Shown here piece after piece: positions 13,101-26,400 of a stretch of 64,000 nucleotides of DNA (the first letter of the stretch is position 1; each line of letters opens with the position of its first letter). The position numbers were made by a program, and so were the translations under genes. The notes beneath the pieces were generated by a model. It had not been told where the DNA came from and did no database searches. It saw only the letters and a list, made by a program, of their open reading frames with translations. The stretch comes from Nemertoderma westbladi (Eukaryota > Animalia > Xenacoelomorpha), in assembly GCA_032718475.1 (NCBI GenBank), contig JAUCBJ010009012.1, forward strand, positions 15,859-79,858. Reading direction: 5' to 3'.

Positions 13101-16100
13101 GAGTAATGGAAGGGTGGAAATGGTAAGTGAGTAATGGAAAGGTGGAATTGGTAAGTGAGTAATGGAAAGGTGGAATTGGTAAGTAGTAATGGAAAGGTGG
13201 AAATGGTAATTTATTAATGGAAGGGTAGAAATGGTAAGTGAGAAAAGGAAGGGTGGAACTTGTAAGGGAGTAATGGAAGGGTGGAACTTGTAAGTGAGTA
13301 ATGGAAAGGTGGAAATGGTAATTTATTAATGGAAGGGTAGAAATGGTAAGTGAGAAAAGGAAGGGTGGAACTTGTAAGGGAGTGATGGAAGGGTGGGACT
13401 TGTAAGTGAGTAATGGAAGGGTGGAAATGGTAAGTGAGAAAAGGAAGGGTGGAACTTGTAAGGGAGTAATGGAAGGGTGGAACTTGTAAGTGAGTAATGG
13501 AAGGGTGGAAATGGTAATTTATTAATGGAAGGGTGGAAATGGTAAGTGAGAAAAGGAAGGGTGGAACTTGTAAGGGAGTAATGGAAGGGTGGAACTTGTA
13601 AGTGAGTAATGGAAGGGTGGAAATGGTAAGTGAGAAAAGGAAGGGTGGAACTTGTAAGGGAGTAATGGAAGGGTGGAACTTGTAAGTGAGTAATGGAAGG
13701 GTGGAAATGGTAAGTGAGTAATGGAAGCGTGGAAATGATAAGTGAGTAATGGAAGGGTGGAACTTGAACGTGAGTAATGGGAGGGTGGAAAAGGTAAGTG
13801 AGTAATGGGAGGGTGGAAAAGGTAAGTGAGTAATAGAAGGGTGGAACTTGTAAGGGAGTAATGGAAGGGTGGAACTTGTAAGTGAGTAATGGAAGGGTGG
13901 AAATGGTAAGTGAGAAAAGGAAGGGTGGAACTTGTAAGGGAGTAATGGAAGGGTGGAACTTGTAAGTGAGTAATGGAAAGGTGGAAATGGTAATTTATTA
14001 ATGGAAGGGTAGAAATGGTAAGTGAGAAAAGGAAGGGTGGAACTTGTAAGGGAGTAATGGAAGGGTGGAACTTGTAAGTGAGTAATGGAAGGGTGGAAAT
14101 GGTAAGTGAGTAATAGAAGGGTGGAACTTGTAAGGGAGTAATGGAAGGGTGGGAATGGTAAGTGAGTAATGGAAAGGTGGAATTGGTAAGTGAGTAATGG
14201 AAAGGTGGAAATGGTAATTTATTAATGGAAGGGTAGAAATGGTAAGTGAGAAAAGGAAGGGTGGAACTTGTAAGGGAGTAATGGAAGGGTGGAACTTGTA
14301 AGTGAGTAATGGAAGGGTGGAAATGGTAAGTGAGTAATGGAAAGGTGGAATTGGTAAGTGAGTAATGGAAAGGTGGAATTGGTAAGTAGTAATGGAAAGG
14401 TGGAAATGGTAATTTATTAATGGAAGGGTAGAAATGGTAAGTGAGAAAAGGAAGGGTGGAACTTGTAAGGGAGTAATGGAAGGGTGGAACTTGTAAGTGA
14501 GTAATGGAAGGGTGGAAATGGTAAGTGAGTAATGGAAGCGTGGAAATGATAAGTGAGTAATGGAAGGGTGGAACTTGAACGTGAGTAATGGGAGGGTGGA
14601 AAAGGTAAGTGAGTAATGGAAGGGTGGAAATGGTAAGTGAGTAATAGAAGGGTGGAAATTGTAAGTGAGTAATGGAAGGGTGGAACTTGTAAGGGAGTAA
14701 TGGAATGGTGGAAAAGGTAAGTGAGTAATGGAAGGGTGGAACTTGAACGTGAGTAATGGGAGGGTGGAAAAGGTAAGTGAGTAATGGAAAGGTGGAATTG
14801 GTAAGTAGTAATGGAAAGGTGGAAATGGTAATTTATTAATGGAAGGGTAGAAATGGTAAGTGAGAAAAGGAAGGGTGGAACTTGTAAGGGAGTAATGGAA
14901 GGGTGGAACTTGTAAGTGAGTAATGGAAGGGTGGAAATGGTAAGTGAGAAAAGGAAGGGTGGAACTTGTAAGGGAGTAATGGAAGGGTGGAACTTGTAAG
15001 TGAGTAATGGAAAGGTGGAAATGGTAATTTATTAATGGAAGGGTAGAAATGGTAAGTGAGAAAAGGAAGGGTGGAACTTGTAAGGGAGTAATGGAAGGGT
15101 GGAACTTGTAAGTGAGTAATGGAAGGGTGGAAATGGTAAGTGAGTAATAGAAGGGTGGAACTTGTAAGGGAGTAATGGAAGGGTGGGAATGGTAAGTGAG
15201 TAATGGAAAGGTGGAATTGGTAAGTGAGTAATGGAAAGGTGGAAATGGTAATTTATTAATGGAAGGGTAGAAATGGTAAGTGAGAAAAGGAAGGGTGGAA
15301 CTTGTAAGGGAGTAATGGAAGGGTGGAACTTGTAAGTGAGTAATGGAAGGGTGGAAATGGTAAGTGAGTAATGGAAAGGTGGAATTGGTAAGTGAGTAAT
15401 GGAAAGGTGGAATTGGTAAGTAGTAATGGAAAGGTGGAAATGGTAATTTATTAATGGAAGGGTAGAAATGGTAAGTGAGAAAAGGAAGGGTGGAACTTGT
15501 AAGGGAGTAATGGAAGGGTGGAACTTGTAAGTGAGTAATGGAAAGGTGGAAATGGTAATTTATTAATGGAAGGGTAGAAATGGTAAGTGAGAAAAGGAAG
15601 GGTGGAACTTGTAAGGGAGTAATGGAAGGGTGGGACTTGTAAGTGAGTAATGGAAGGGTGGAAATGGTAAGTGAGAAAAGGAAGGGTGGAACTTGTAAGG
15701 GAGTAATGGAAGGGTGGAACTTGTAAGTGAGTAATGGAAGGGTGGAAATGGTAATTTATTAATGGAAGGGTGGAAATGGTAAGTGAGAAAAGGAAGGGTG
15801 GAACTTGTAAGGGAGTAATGGAAGGGTGGAACTTGTAAGTGAGTAATGGAAGGGTGGAAATGGTAAGTGAGAAAAGGAAGGGTGGAACTTGTAAGGGAGT
15901 AATGGAAGGGTGGAACTTGTAAGTGAGTAATGGAAGGGTGGAAATGGTAAGTGAGTAATGGAAGCGTGGAAATGATAAGTGAGTAATGGAAGGGTGGAAC
16001 TTGAACGTGAGTAATGGGAGGGTGGAAAAGGTAAGTGAGTAATGGAAGGGTGGAAATGGTAAGTGAGTAATAGAAGGGTGGAAATTGTAAGTGAGTAATG

Positions 16101-17530
16101 GAAGGGTGGAACTTGTAAGGGAGTAATGGAAGGGTGGAAAAGGTAAGTGAGTAATGGAAGGGTGGAACTTGAACGTGAGTAATGGGAGGGTGGAAAAGGT
16201 AAGTGAGTAATGGAAAGGTGGAATTGGTAAGTAGTAATGGAAAGGTGGAAATGGTAATTTATTAATGGAAGGGTAGAAATGGTAAGTGAGAAAAGGAAGG
16301 GTGGAACTTGTAAGGGAGTAATGGAAGGGTGGAACTTGTAAGTGAGTAATGGAAGGGTGGAAATGGTAAGTGAGAAAAGGAAGGGTGGAACTTGTAAGGG
16401 AGTAATGGAAGGGTGGAACTTGTAAGTGAGTAATGGAAAGGTGGAAATGGTAATTTATTAATGGAAGGGTAGAAATGGTAAGTGAGTAATGGAATGGTGG
16501 AAATGGTAAGTGAGTAACGGAAGGGTGGAAATGGTAATTTATTAATGGAAGGGTAGAAATGGTAAGTGAGTAATGAAATGGTGGAAATGGTAAGTGAGTA
16601 ATGGAAGCGTGGAAATGATAAGTGAGTAATGGAAGGGTGGAAATGGTAATTTATTAATGGAAGGGTAGAAATGGTAAGTGAGTAATGGAAGGGTGGAACT
16701 TGTAAGGGAGTAATGGAAGGGTGGAAAAGGTAAGTGAGTAATGGAAGGGTGGAACTTGAACGTGAGTAATGGGAGGGTGGAAAAGGTAAGTGAGTAATGG
16801 AAAGGTGGAATTGGTAAGTAGTAATGGAAAGGTGGAAATGGTAATTTATTAATGGAAGGGTAGAAATGGTAAGTGAGAAAAGGAAGGGTGGAACTTGTAA
16901 GGGAGTAATGGAAGGGTGGAACTTGTAAGTGAGTAATGGAAGGGTGGAAATGGTAATTTATTAATGGAATGGTGGAAATGGTAAGTGAGTAACGGAAGGG
17001 TGGAAATGATAAGTGAGTAATGGAAGGGTGGAAATGGTAATTTATTAATGGAATGGTGGAAATGGTAAGTGAGTAACGGAAGGGTGGAAATGGTAAGTGA
17101 GTAATGGAAGGGTGGAAATGGTAATTTATTAATGGAATGGTGGAAATGGTAAGTGAGTAACGGAAGGGTGGAAATGGTAAGTGAGTAATGGAAGGGTGGA
17201 AATGGTAATTTATTAATGGAATGGTGGAAATGGTAAGTGAGTAACGGAAGGGTGGAAATGGTAAGTGAGTAATGGAAGGGTGGAAATGGTAAGTGAGTAA
17301 TGGAAGGGTGGAAATGGTAAGTGAGTAATGGAAGGGTGGAAATGGTAATTTATTAATGGAATGGTGGAAATGGTAAGTGAGTAACGGAAGGGTGGAAATG
17401 GTAAGTGAGTAATGGAATGGTGGAAATGGTAAGTGAGTAACGGAAGGGTGGAAATGGTAAGTGAGTAATGGAAGGGTGGAAATGGTAAGTGAGTAATGGA
17501 ATGGTGGAAATGGTAAGTGAGTAATGGAAT
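10198..17530. repeat. 28-bp purine-rich satellite (AATGGAAGGGTGGAAATGGTAAGTGAGT and variants), about 260 units, filling aconitase intron 3
   Basis: Visible 28-bp periodicity with higher-order blocks. Confidence 0.97.
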
Positions 17531-17553
17531 AATTCAAATAATTATACACCTAC

Positions 17554-17752
17554 CAGCGGGGGGTTCTAGAACAAAAGATTGTCCCTTGGAATCTGTAATG
17601 GCATCGTGTACGGGGTTGAAGTCGAGTCTCCCAGCGAGTACCATCGCTGTAACAATCTCTGGCGATGCCACGAACGCGTGGGTTGCGGGATTAGCGTCGT
17701 TGCGACCCGTAAAGTTACGATTGTACGAAGTCACTATCGTATTCTTCTCCCC
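17554..17752 (-). CDS. ACO2: Mitochondrial aconitase, coding exon 3
   Basis: [32 protein letters not shown] motif; ttttag| acceptor and |gtaggt donor. Confidence 0.95.
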
Positions 17753-18099
17753 CTAAAATGGAGAAAATCGAGAAAATATTCGAATAAAAATGAAAATTAT
17801 TTCAGGAATGTAAAACTTGTACGAAAAGGTTAATGACTTCCATCATCTACAGAAATATCTGTACAGGTACAGTACATAATGGATTCAAATACACAAATGT
17901 AAAACCACATTACCAGGAAGTGAGCAGGTTAAATTAGAGTTATGTTCTAACCAAAACAATAAACGAAACATAATTTAACTTGTGGTCAATTGCGCCACTA
18001 TCTGGAAGAAATTGAATAACAAACGAAAACACCCACTTCCATCTTCTCTTGCCCCCTGGGTTCCTGTTTATGTTAATATAATCGGTTTTAACTACGAAC

Positions 18100-18735
18100 C
18101 TTTTTCACATCTCGCCGATCCCACTGCCCTATACAGGGGCCACACGCGTTGGCCAGCACCAGTCCCCCCACATCCCGCAGCACTGCCGCCTGTCCGTCCC
18201 GCTCCACCGTGGCGCGGATCTGCTCGGACCCCGGGGTGATGGTGAACGCCGACTTGGCTCGCACCCCCCGCCCCAACGCCTGACTCGCCACGCTCGCCGA
18301 GCGGCTCATATCCTCGTACGAGGAGTTGGTACAGGAACCAATGAGCCCCACCCGGATGTCGAGCGGCCAGCCCGCCTCGCGGGCCACCGCGGCGAGCTGC
18401 GAGATGGGCGTGGCGAGGTCCGGCGTGAAGGGCCCGTTCACGTGGGGCTCCAGGGAGTCCAGGTTGATCTCGATCAGTTGGTCGTATTGGCAGTCGGGGT
18501 CGGCGCGCAGCAACTCGCGGTTGGAGTTGGCCAGCCGCGCGATATCGCCGCGCCCAGTCGCCTCCAGGTAGCGCTCCATCGACTGGTTGTACGGGAACAC
18601 AGAGGTTGTCGCGCCGATTTCCGCTCCCATGTTGCAGATAGTTCCCATTCCGGTGCAACTCATGGTGTCCACACCGGTACCGTAGTATTCTACTATGGCG
18701 CCGGTACCTCCCTTGACTGTTAAAATTCCAGCAAC
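18100..18735 (-). CDS. ACO2: Mitochondrial aconitase, coding exon 2
   Basis: [17 protein letters not shown]...[14 protein letters not shown]...[12 protein letters not shown]...[11 protein letters not shown] (Fe-S cysteine ligands); AG/GT boundaries. Confidence 0.96.
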
Positions 18736-19169
18736 CTAATAGGTTAATAAATAAATTAATAACATTAAGTCAACTAATAAATTATAATAAGTTAACTAAG
18801 TTTGATTAGATTGGGCTAATTAAACATTTCCTTTCTGGTGTATCTAAACGGCGGGGTAGTAAATAAAGTATAAATAGTCACTAATTCCTTTATTATTTTC
18901 GTTAAGTTAGACATTGTGTATCCTGGGTGGGTATAAATTAGTGGCATACGGAACCATCGAGTAATTATTACGTGGGATGTTATTTTTTATGAGGGTAGAG
19001 GACAAATACTTTTTAAGAAAAAATATTTAATGAATGCTTCAGATGTGTTTGACGTCACTTTAAGTTGAGTACATATCAGAAGGATCTATTGGATAAATTT
19101 TATTATAAGTTCATCACTAGCATTCAGTCACAAATCAATATTGCTTTCTATTTTTGCGAAAATTTGTAC

Positions 19170-19245
19170 CTGTTCTCTACTCGGGATCGAACTCGCACCC
19201 TTTAGATCTGCAACATAATTCCCCCCAACTGAGCCACGTGGGACC
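19170..19245 (-). mobile_element. tRNA-derived SINE head or tRNA pseudogene in aconitase intron 1
   Basis: Minus strand reads TGGCTCAGTTGG (A box) and GAGTTCGATCCC (B box) without a proper cloverleaf. Confidence 0.5.
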
Positions 19246-20432
19246 GATGTTGTGGGTTGGGATAGAAGTATTGACAAGACAATTATAACTATCATTATAT
19301 ATATAGGCTTCTTTCCGAGGCTGTTATTATGTATAATTGGCAGAGCGAGCGTTAGTGAGCCAAAGCTAATCATACATATACGTATAAATTATAATTATAT
19401 AATTAAACATATAGTGATTGGTCATATGATTAAAGGTAATTTTTTCACGTAATACGTCATTTTAATTCATAAAATGACCTTTTTACCCTCCTCTGGTAGA
19501 TGTTGGGTATGTGGTGTGTCTGATAGTACCAGTATACCTAATTACCATGAATACTCCACCAAATGTTCGAAGGTAAAATTTTAGGAAAATAAATTTCCTT
19601 TATTTCATTTCTATCCATATATTTGTAGGAATAAAGTCCGGTCTATATTCCTGAGACGTCGGAAGGTTAACAATGATAGTACAGTATTTAAATTTATTCA
19701 TTTACGTATTGTTTTATTTTATATTTAAACGTCACGTCGTCACTCATCACGATTCACGACTCATATGATGCTCCTCTATTTATCATGTAAAGACATCCTT
19801 TTAACCTAGAACCCTTATCATATATTTTTCACCATCGTAATTAATCAAACATTAAATCCTACTTCATGCTCAGCTCATGGTACTTAACTAAACTAGGCCT
19901 ATAACTTCATTTAAAAGTCATCACTTTAAGTTAAGTCATCACTAAAAGTTATCACTTATTGATAATAATACAGTAATAAAGCGAAATTTAAACGTTATAA
20001 TATTGTCGATAATTGTCGATTTATCCGTCGGTTTAATAAAACCTAATTTCGTCGTAAAATAATAATATCTAAATTTACGATTAAAATTACGTAGTCGTAA
20101 TCTACTGAGGTAGCAGTTACTAAGCTGTCGACTATATATATATATGTTGTTGTCGACTAGGTCTTTATAACGCGGCATACAATAATTAATTGCAGAATTA
20201 TATAACTAGTTCTAAGATATTTTAAGATTTAAAATAAATAGTTATTGTTTATTGCACCTGGTGTAGTCACTACATTACCGGTAGGTAAAGTACAGAAGTA
20301 TACTGTCACCTGCAAAAAAATAAAGTTGTAAAATAATTAATATAGATAGTCCCGGCCCCGGGAGACTTTATACCTGTAATGAAAGATATCTGTCTGTCCA
20401 ATAGACCCCCCTTACGGGTAAGTACACATTAC

Positions 20433-21176
20433 CTTTAGTATGACGTCCTTGGCCGAAGTCCATCCGTTCATTGACCCTGTTAGATTAACCCCGATAACGC
20501 GCGGACACTTTAACTCCCAGGGGATATCAGCCATCACGTCTACAGCGTCAGCCCCACCCACCCCGATGCAAACTCCACCCAGCCCGCCGCCGTTGGGGGT
20601 GTGACTATCCGTCCCGATAAGCAACAACCCCGGGAACGCGTAATTCTCGAGAACGATCTGGTGGATAATCCCGGATCCGGGCTTCCAGAAACCAACGCCG
20701 TATTTACCCGCGGAGGTCGATAAGAAGTTATAAACCTCTTTATTTACTTCTTTAGCGCGGGCGAGATCTTTATCTCCTCCAACTTGTGCCTCAATAAGAT
20801 GATCGCAATGGATCGTTGAAGGAACAGCGACGCGAGGTAAACCGCTCGATATGAACTGCAACATCGCCATCTGCGCGGTAGCGTCCTGCATAGCAACTCG
20901 GTCGGGACGCAGCCGTAAGTAACTGGTGCCACGCGCGATATCCTGCCCGGAGGGATCCTCTAGATGACCGTATAAAATCTTCTCGGAGAGAGTCAGCGGT
21001 CTGTTTAATCGTCGACGGACTACGTCGACTTTCTCCGCTAGCGAGTCGTAGCTCAGTCGGGTGTCCGGCTCGAATCGGCTCATTGCGACAGCGGCGTATC
21101 CGCGGGACGCCGTGCGGAGTCGCGAGAATCGGTAGCCGGCGACGAGCGACTCCGTGCGGAGGACAATGGAGGCCAT
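20433..21176 (-). CDS. ACO2: Mitochondrial aconitase, coding exon 1 with N-terminal transit-like peptide
   Basis: [51 protein letters not shown] motifs; donor AAG|gtaat at 20433. Confidence 0.97.
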
Positions 21177-21689
21177 TTTACCAGTCCGCTAGAACGGTTA
21201 CTAGGTTACCGTAAACAACCACTACAAACAAAATAATGTCGCAATGTTTGTATGTGGTATCGGCAACGGTAGGCCTATGTACTGATGTAAACAGAATGAG
21301 GATCCGGTAGAGAACGTACGGTAACGTTGAACCTGGGCGAGTTACTTACACCTGTACACTTACTGCTGTACTGCTCAGTGCAGCAGTGCTCACAGCGGCG
21401 GGCAGGATTTCTTTATAATACTACTAGGTACTATATCAGTATATACAGTCTATATACAGTATTTACTATATTACTGCTGTACTGCAGTTACTAAGGTACA
21501 ATATTATTGGCATTATACTTAGAGTTACGGTCTGACAGTAGCCTACAATACACAAACAATAATTACTATCAGTTTATCTTTCCAGAAACCGTTTTTTATA
21601 CTCTTTAGTATTGAGTAAACTATTATTAACTCACAATAATTACTACCCTATACCTACAGCCACAGTACAGTATCTATACAAAATAACAT

Positions 21690-21939
21690 CTCAATCTCAA
21701 ATCGGTTTCAGGACTAAACGGACAACTTCCCATGCTCTCATTTCTCGTCTAGAATTCATTCACAAGTCTCTCGAAGATAAACAATCATCATGTGCAGTTT
21801 ACATAGACTTATCCAAAGCATTGCGATAGATCATAATAGGGGAGCTAGAAGCCTACGGTGTTAGGAGTTAGGGGCATACCACTGCAATTATTCACAAGTT
21901 TTCTTTCCTCTAGACATCAATTTGTCAAATTAGGAGACA

Positions 21940-21982
<43 letters not shown>

Positions 21983-22460
21983 ACTGGACGCAAAACCCAC
22001 CTTGGCGAATTCATATCCCGCCTCAATGTTAAATTCTCAATTTAGGGAAAGGACCAGGTTACAGTGGCACGTTATTTTAACCAAAGCAATAAACTAAACA
22101 CAATAGAACACTGGTTACAGTTTTATTTTTGAGAGTAATCAGCCTTTATTTGCTTCGAATTTCCACGGGAGAGGGATGGATTTTTATTGCTTCCAGTCCC
22201 CCCCCCCCCCATCTGCAAATTAGGTAACTTTTTTTCATCGCTAGCGCCACTCCTTTTCTGCGTCCCACTCCCACAAGTGGGTGTGCTTTCTCCCACCTTG
22301 TTTCTACTTTACATCAATGACCTTCCAGAGGTCTCCTTCACTCTCATAAAAATCAAACCTAATAGCCGATCTAAACCTAGAGCTAACTATAAAGTATCTG
22401 ATAACGCTCTTTCTCTACATTTATCTAAAACCGAGGCCACTTTCTTTTCAAACTATCATT
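21690..22460 (+). pseudogene. Decayed non-LTR retrotransposon (CR1/Jockey-like) RT fragments, interrupted by a poly(G)...poly(C) insertion
   Basis: Fragments QIGFR..TSHAL, AVYIDLSKA, GVRG..LQLFTSFLSSRHQFV, PQ..VLSPTLFLLYINDLP and LSLHLSKT in broken frames. Confidence 0.75.
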
Positions 22461-23457
22461 CTACTTGCAACCTACAAAGAGTGGAAATATTTCAATTTTT
22501 TGAAAATTTCAATTTTCAAATATTTCAAAAGGCACCTACAACTGGAATCCATATAACATTCAACACCCCCCCCCCCCCCCCCCCCCCCCCCCCTCAGGGC
22601 ACCAACAAACTTCTAGCTTTCTAGCCTTTCCTTCTTTTCCCTCTATTCAATTATAATTCTTATAAATAACAATGGCTTTGTTTATAATTGGAATATATTA
22701 TTATGTATAGGGGCCTACTTTATTATTGTTATTTGTTTATTTAGTTTTAGAAAATATAATTTCAAGTTCATAGAAGTTTAGCTACATGACATAAGACATG
22801 CTACAGTATAAGACCAAGGCGTTATATCAGTCATCGGACATATTTAAGCACTTTGGGATTATTCTGTTTGGGGGCCTCCAAAACCAGGCAGGTTAGTAAA
22901 GGAGCAGATTACAGTTTCGTGTTGAAGAACCAAAACAATAAACGAGAGTTAGGAATATTGTAGAATAGAAAACCAAATTAAAAACAAAATTTAATTGAGA
23001 ATCAACAGTCGGGTGTATAGGCCCCCAAACAAGATAGAGCCAGCTTTTTGCTTAATAACGGTATAGGATAACATTATAGATAGAGATAGACTGCAGTAGT
23101 CAACCTCATGTGGTGCCGCTGAAGTTGTTCTTATTTGGTAGAATGGTCAGGTCAGTGTTTCTAAGATAATTTTTATTTTTCTGGGAAACTCACCCCAAGG
23201 CGCAATCAGCACTCAGGCGACGCTTACTCCCACCATTTCTATACTCCTACCTCTCCGGCGAGACTATTTTTTTTAGAAAACATTACGCCCCCACGTGGGG
23301 CACCTGGTGGAACCTTTACTTTGAACAATATAATTGTACTAAGTATTGATTACAGTAAAATCACAAAAACAGTAATATCACAAAGATATAAATATTGTTT
23401 TTTATTTAAAAGACATTTGATATGAGTATGAATAATAAACTAATTCATTAATAATTT

Positions 23458-26400
23458 TAGTCCAGTAGACGCTCAATAGAGCTCCAGGGAGGACCGTGAA
23501 CTTGGGTCATCACGCAATTTTATTTTCTCAATGTCTTCCCTGATAATAATAATGTAAATATTCCAAGGTTGGGATACCTTGGGGAATTTTTTTTACAGCA
23601 TAAAATACAAGTACAAATGTGACGGGATCAGTGGGATCCCGACCGGGTTTGTGGACTACGCGTCACCGCTTAGTTGTGAAATAGAGTTTGTTGCTATCGT
23701 TGAATGACAGGGTATTGATAATATTGAATAAACGATAATAATATAATATAACAGCACAGTTGATAGAATTGATGGTATAATGTTGTACCGGTAATAGGAT
23801 AATATATGTGATGTGTGGTGATGGTAACGGTGACGGTGAAAAACATCACCGGTCTGCCCTGAACTGAATGACTGAATAACTAAACTGACCGGTACGGTAT
23901 GCAATATAATATATGTGATTGTCACTCCTACATTACTTTGGCCTCTCAATCTAGCGGATGCTTCCCTCGCCCTTATTGGCTAATAGTCTAATTCTCGCCT
24001 CTCACCTCTGTGGGAGTGCTTCCCCCCCCCCCCCCGCTGCTGTTACTTTCCCTCTCGAGGTGGTTTGACCTCTAACCTCCCTTTGTGTGGCCTTCGGGGC
24101 TGTGCGTTGTCCCCGTTATTGGGTGTCATACGAGATTAGTTGTGATTAATCTCGTATCTCTAATATTGCTGAAAAGGCGCCACTTCCCAACTTTATGGGG
24201 ATAGTGAGGCGGAATTGAATCCGCTCACACTCCCCCCATGCTATCTTCCCGGTGAGAAGATAGCATCACCTTTGAGTGCGCTTTAATTCCGCTGGAACCC
24301 GATCTACTATCGGGTGTGGGGTGGAGTTCTTTTACTTTGAGTCGGCTTTCCAGGCCGCTCCCTCTGGGTATGATATTACTACCCCCTCTTGGTGCAACTC
24401 CAACCTATGTTGCACCAAGACATCTGGCGTCTCGGTTCGAGACAATTGTGGATTTCTCTCACACAATTTTTAAGTCTCCTCTCCACTCTAACTGGCTATA
24501 ACTCCTCGCTACTTCCACTCTAACTTTCGGGCCTCCTTGTCCCTCACTCTGCCTCTTACTCCTCCCCCCCACATCGAATTGCACCCGTATTCTCTTCACA
24601 CGCATCAACACCACCTCTCACTAACTCCCCTGCGTTCTATACTCCACCCTTATTCGTTCCGCTCCACTCGCTCCTGACGAACCCCACCCTCCCCTTTCGA
24701 GTCGTCTAGTGTCTCGTCCTGTCATAGTCAATTGGTCCCCAGTCCCAGTAGCTAGTTGGAAAAGGTTACATGACTATAGTACTTACTTTGATTATATTGG
24801 TTATATGACTATATTCTAATGATTACTACATACGTACATACTAATTGCACTTTTAATTAAATTTGCACTTAGGAGTTCGTATTACTTCGCATGTGGTGCC
24901 TTCCAGGCATCCCCACATCTGCCCCTCCAAGTTCTAGTTCGCTCCTCCTGTCTTTGGGAACCATCTCAGTTCCTTCCCTCTGTCGTCGTCCTGTCTCGGT
25001 CGCTTCCTGGTTGTCGCCGCTCCCTTGTTCTTGTCCTCCTTAAGGTTCCTCATCCTTGCCCTTATTTCCCTACTGATTCATGTACTGTTATTTAATCGGC
25101 GCTAAATTATGGATGATTCGTGTCTGTTTTGCCGAAAAACATCTGGAACACTAATCACTGGAGGACCTATTCGCATAATGAACATCATAGCTTGTAGTGC
25201 AGCCCGTGAAAGTGATAACCTCAATGAGATTCTTCAGCGAAAACTTAATAACGATTCGGAACTGAATGTTATTTTTCACAAACAGTGCATTTCTACATAT
25301 ACTTCGAAACAACATATAGAGCGTGAGTTAAAACGACGACACATTTCCAACTCACAGAAATTACCAGAACCACATGTGAAAAAATTGGAGGAAATACTAG
25401 GTATGTCAAATTTCAAGGGTGTCAATAGCATGTTGAATGGCAAAGCTTGGCCTAAAGCAGTACGAGGTTTGCGAATGGTTGTGAGTGGTCTACTTAAAGA
25501 TATAATTAACCCATGTAGTTCACTGGTAACTGTTAGAAAATCAATAGATAACATGCGATTGTCTCGAACTGGAAAACTGTGGGTTGATTGCCTAATTATT
25601 CCAGTTTCAATCATTCATGTTTACATCAGAGCTAAGAACACGGCGAATTGGAATCTACATATGTGTGCACTTAAGATGATGTTACCATATTTCTTTTCTT
25701 CTGGTCACTGGAATTATGCAAGGTACATTACTTGGCATATTGAAGAAATAGAACGAGGTCTACCAAGTGATGCTCTCAATGCGTTTATAGAAGGAGATTT
25801 TGTTTGCAGACATCAGGAAGGAATGTGCAACTCTGTTTGGAAGGACCAGTTTGGGGAGCAGACCTACATAAGAAAGGGGAAGTCACTTGGTGGATTGAAG
25901 GGGAAAACTCTGTCCCAAGAACAGTCGACCATTTGGGTGTTATCCCACCACATATGCAATATGTTTGCCTTGGGTGTGGATAACATGTTTGATTCTGGGT
26001 TAGTGGAGGATGATGAAGATCGTGAAGGTGATTTAAGACGACATAAAAAGGAAGGCACTAAGCGGCGGCATCTTGATGCCGGTGATAGAATCAGTATACT
26101 TCGAACATTAAAAAAGTGCAGGGATCCATTTGGCTTTAATGATACTAATGTGTTGATCAATATTTTGAATGGTCGTATAGCTCCACCAGAAGTCAATGTC
26201 GATAATGCTGTAAAGTTGGGGTTGGAGTCGGCAAGGGCATTCAAATCAACTCTCCCAAATGGTTTCTACCAGAGAATAACACGCTCAGTTTTAACTATGG
26301 ATTTGAAACCCACACGTGGCAAACATGGTTGCAAGACCTATGATATGGAGAGATTATACGCAAGACTTCTGATTGTCTCACAGAAACGCAATATTGATTT

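Noticed and set aside
1-17530. CRISPR-like array suggested by 28-29 bp repeats
   Set aside because: Units are head-to-tail with no unique spacers, there are no cas genes, and the context is eukaryotic intron.
10727-17549. His/Pro/Phe-rich ORFs 10727-11479 and 16542-17549
   Set aside because: Artefacts of the stop-poor C/T strand of the 28-bp satellite.
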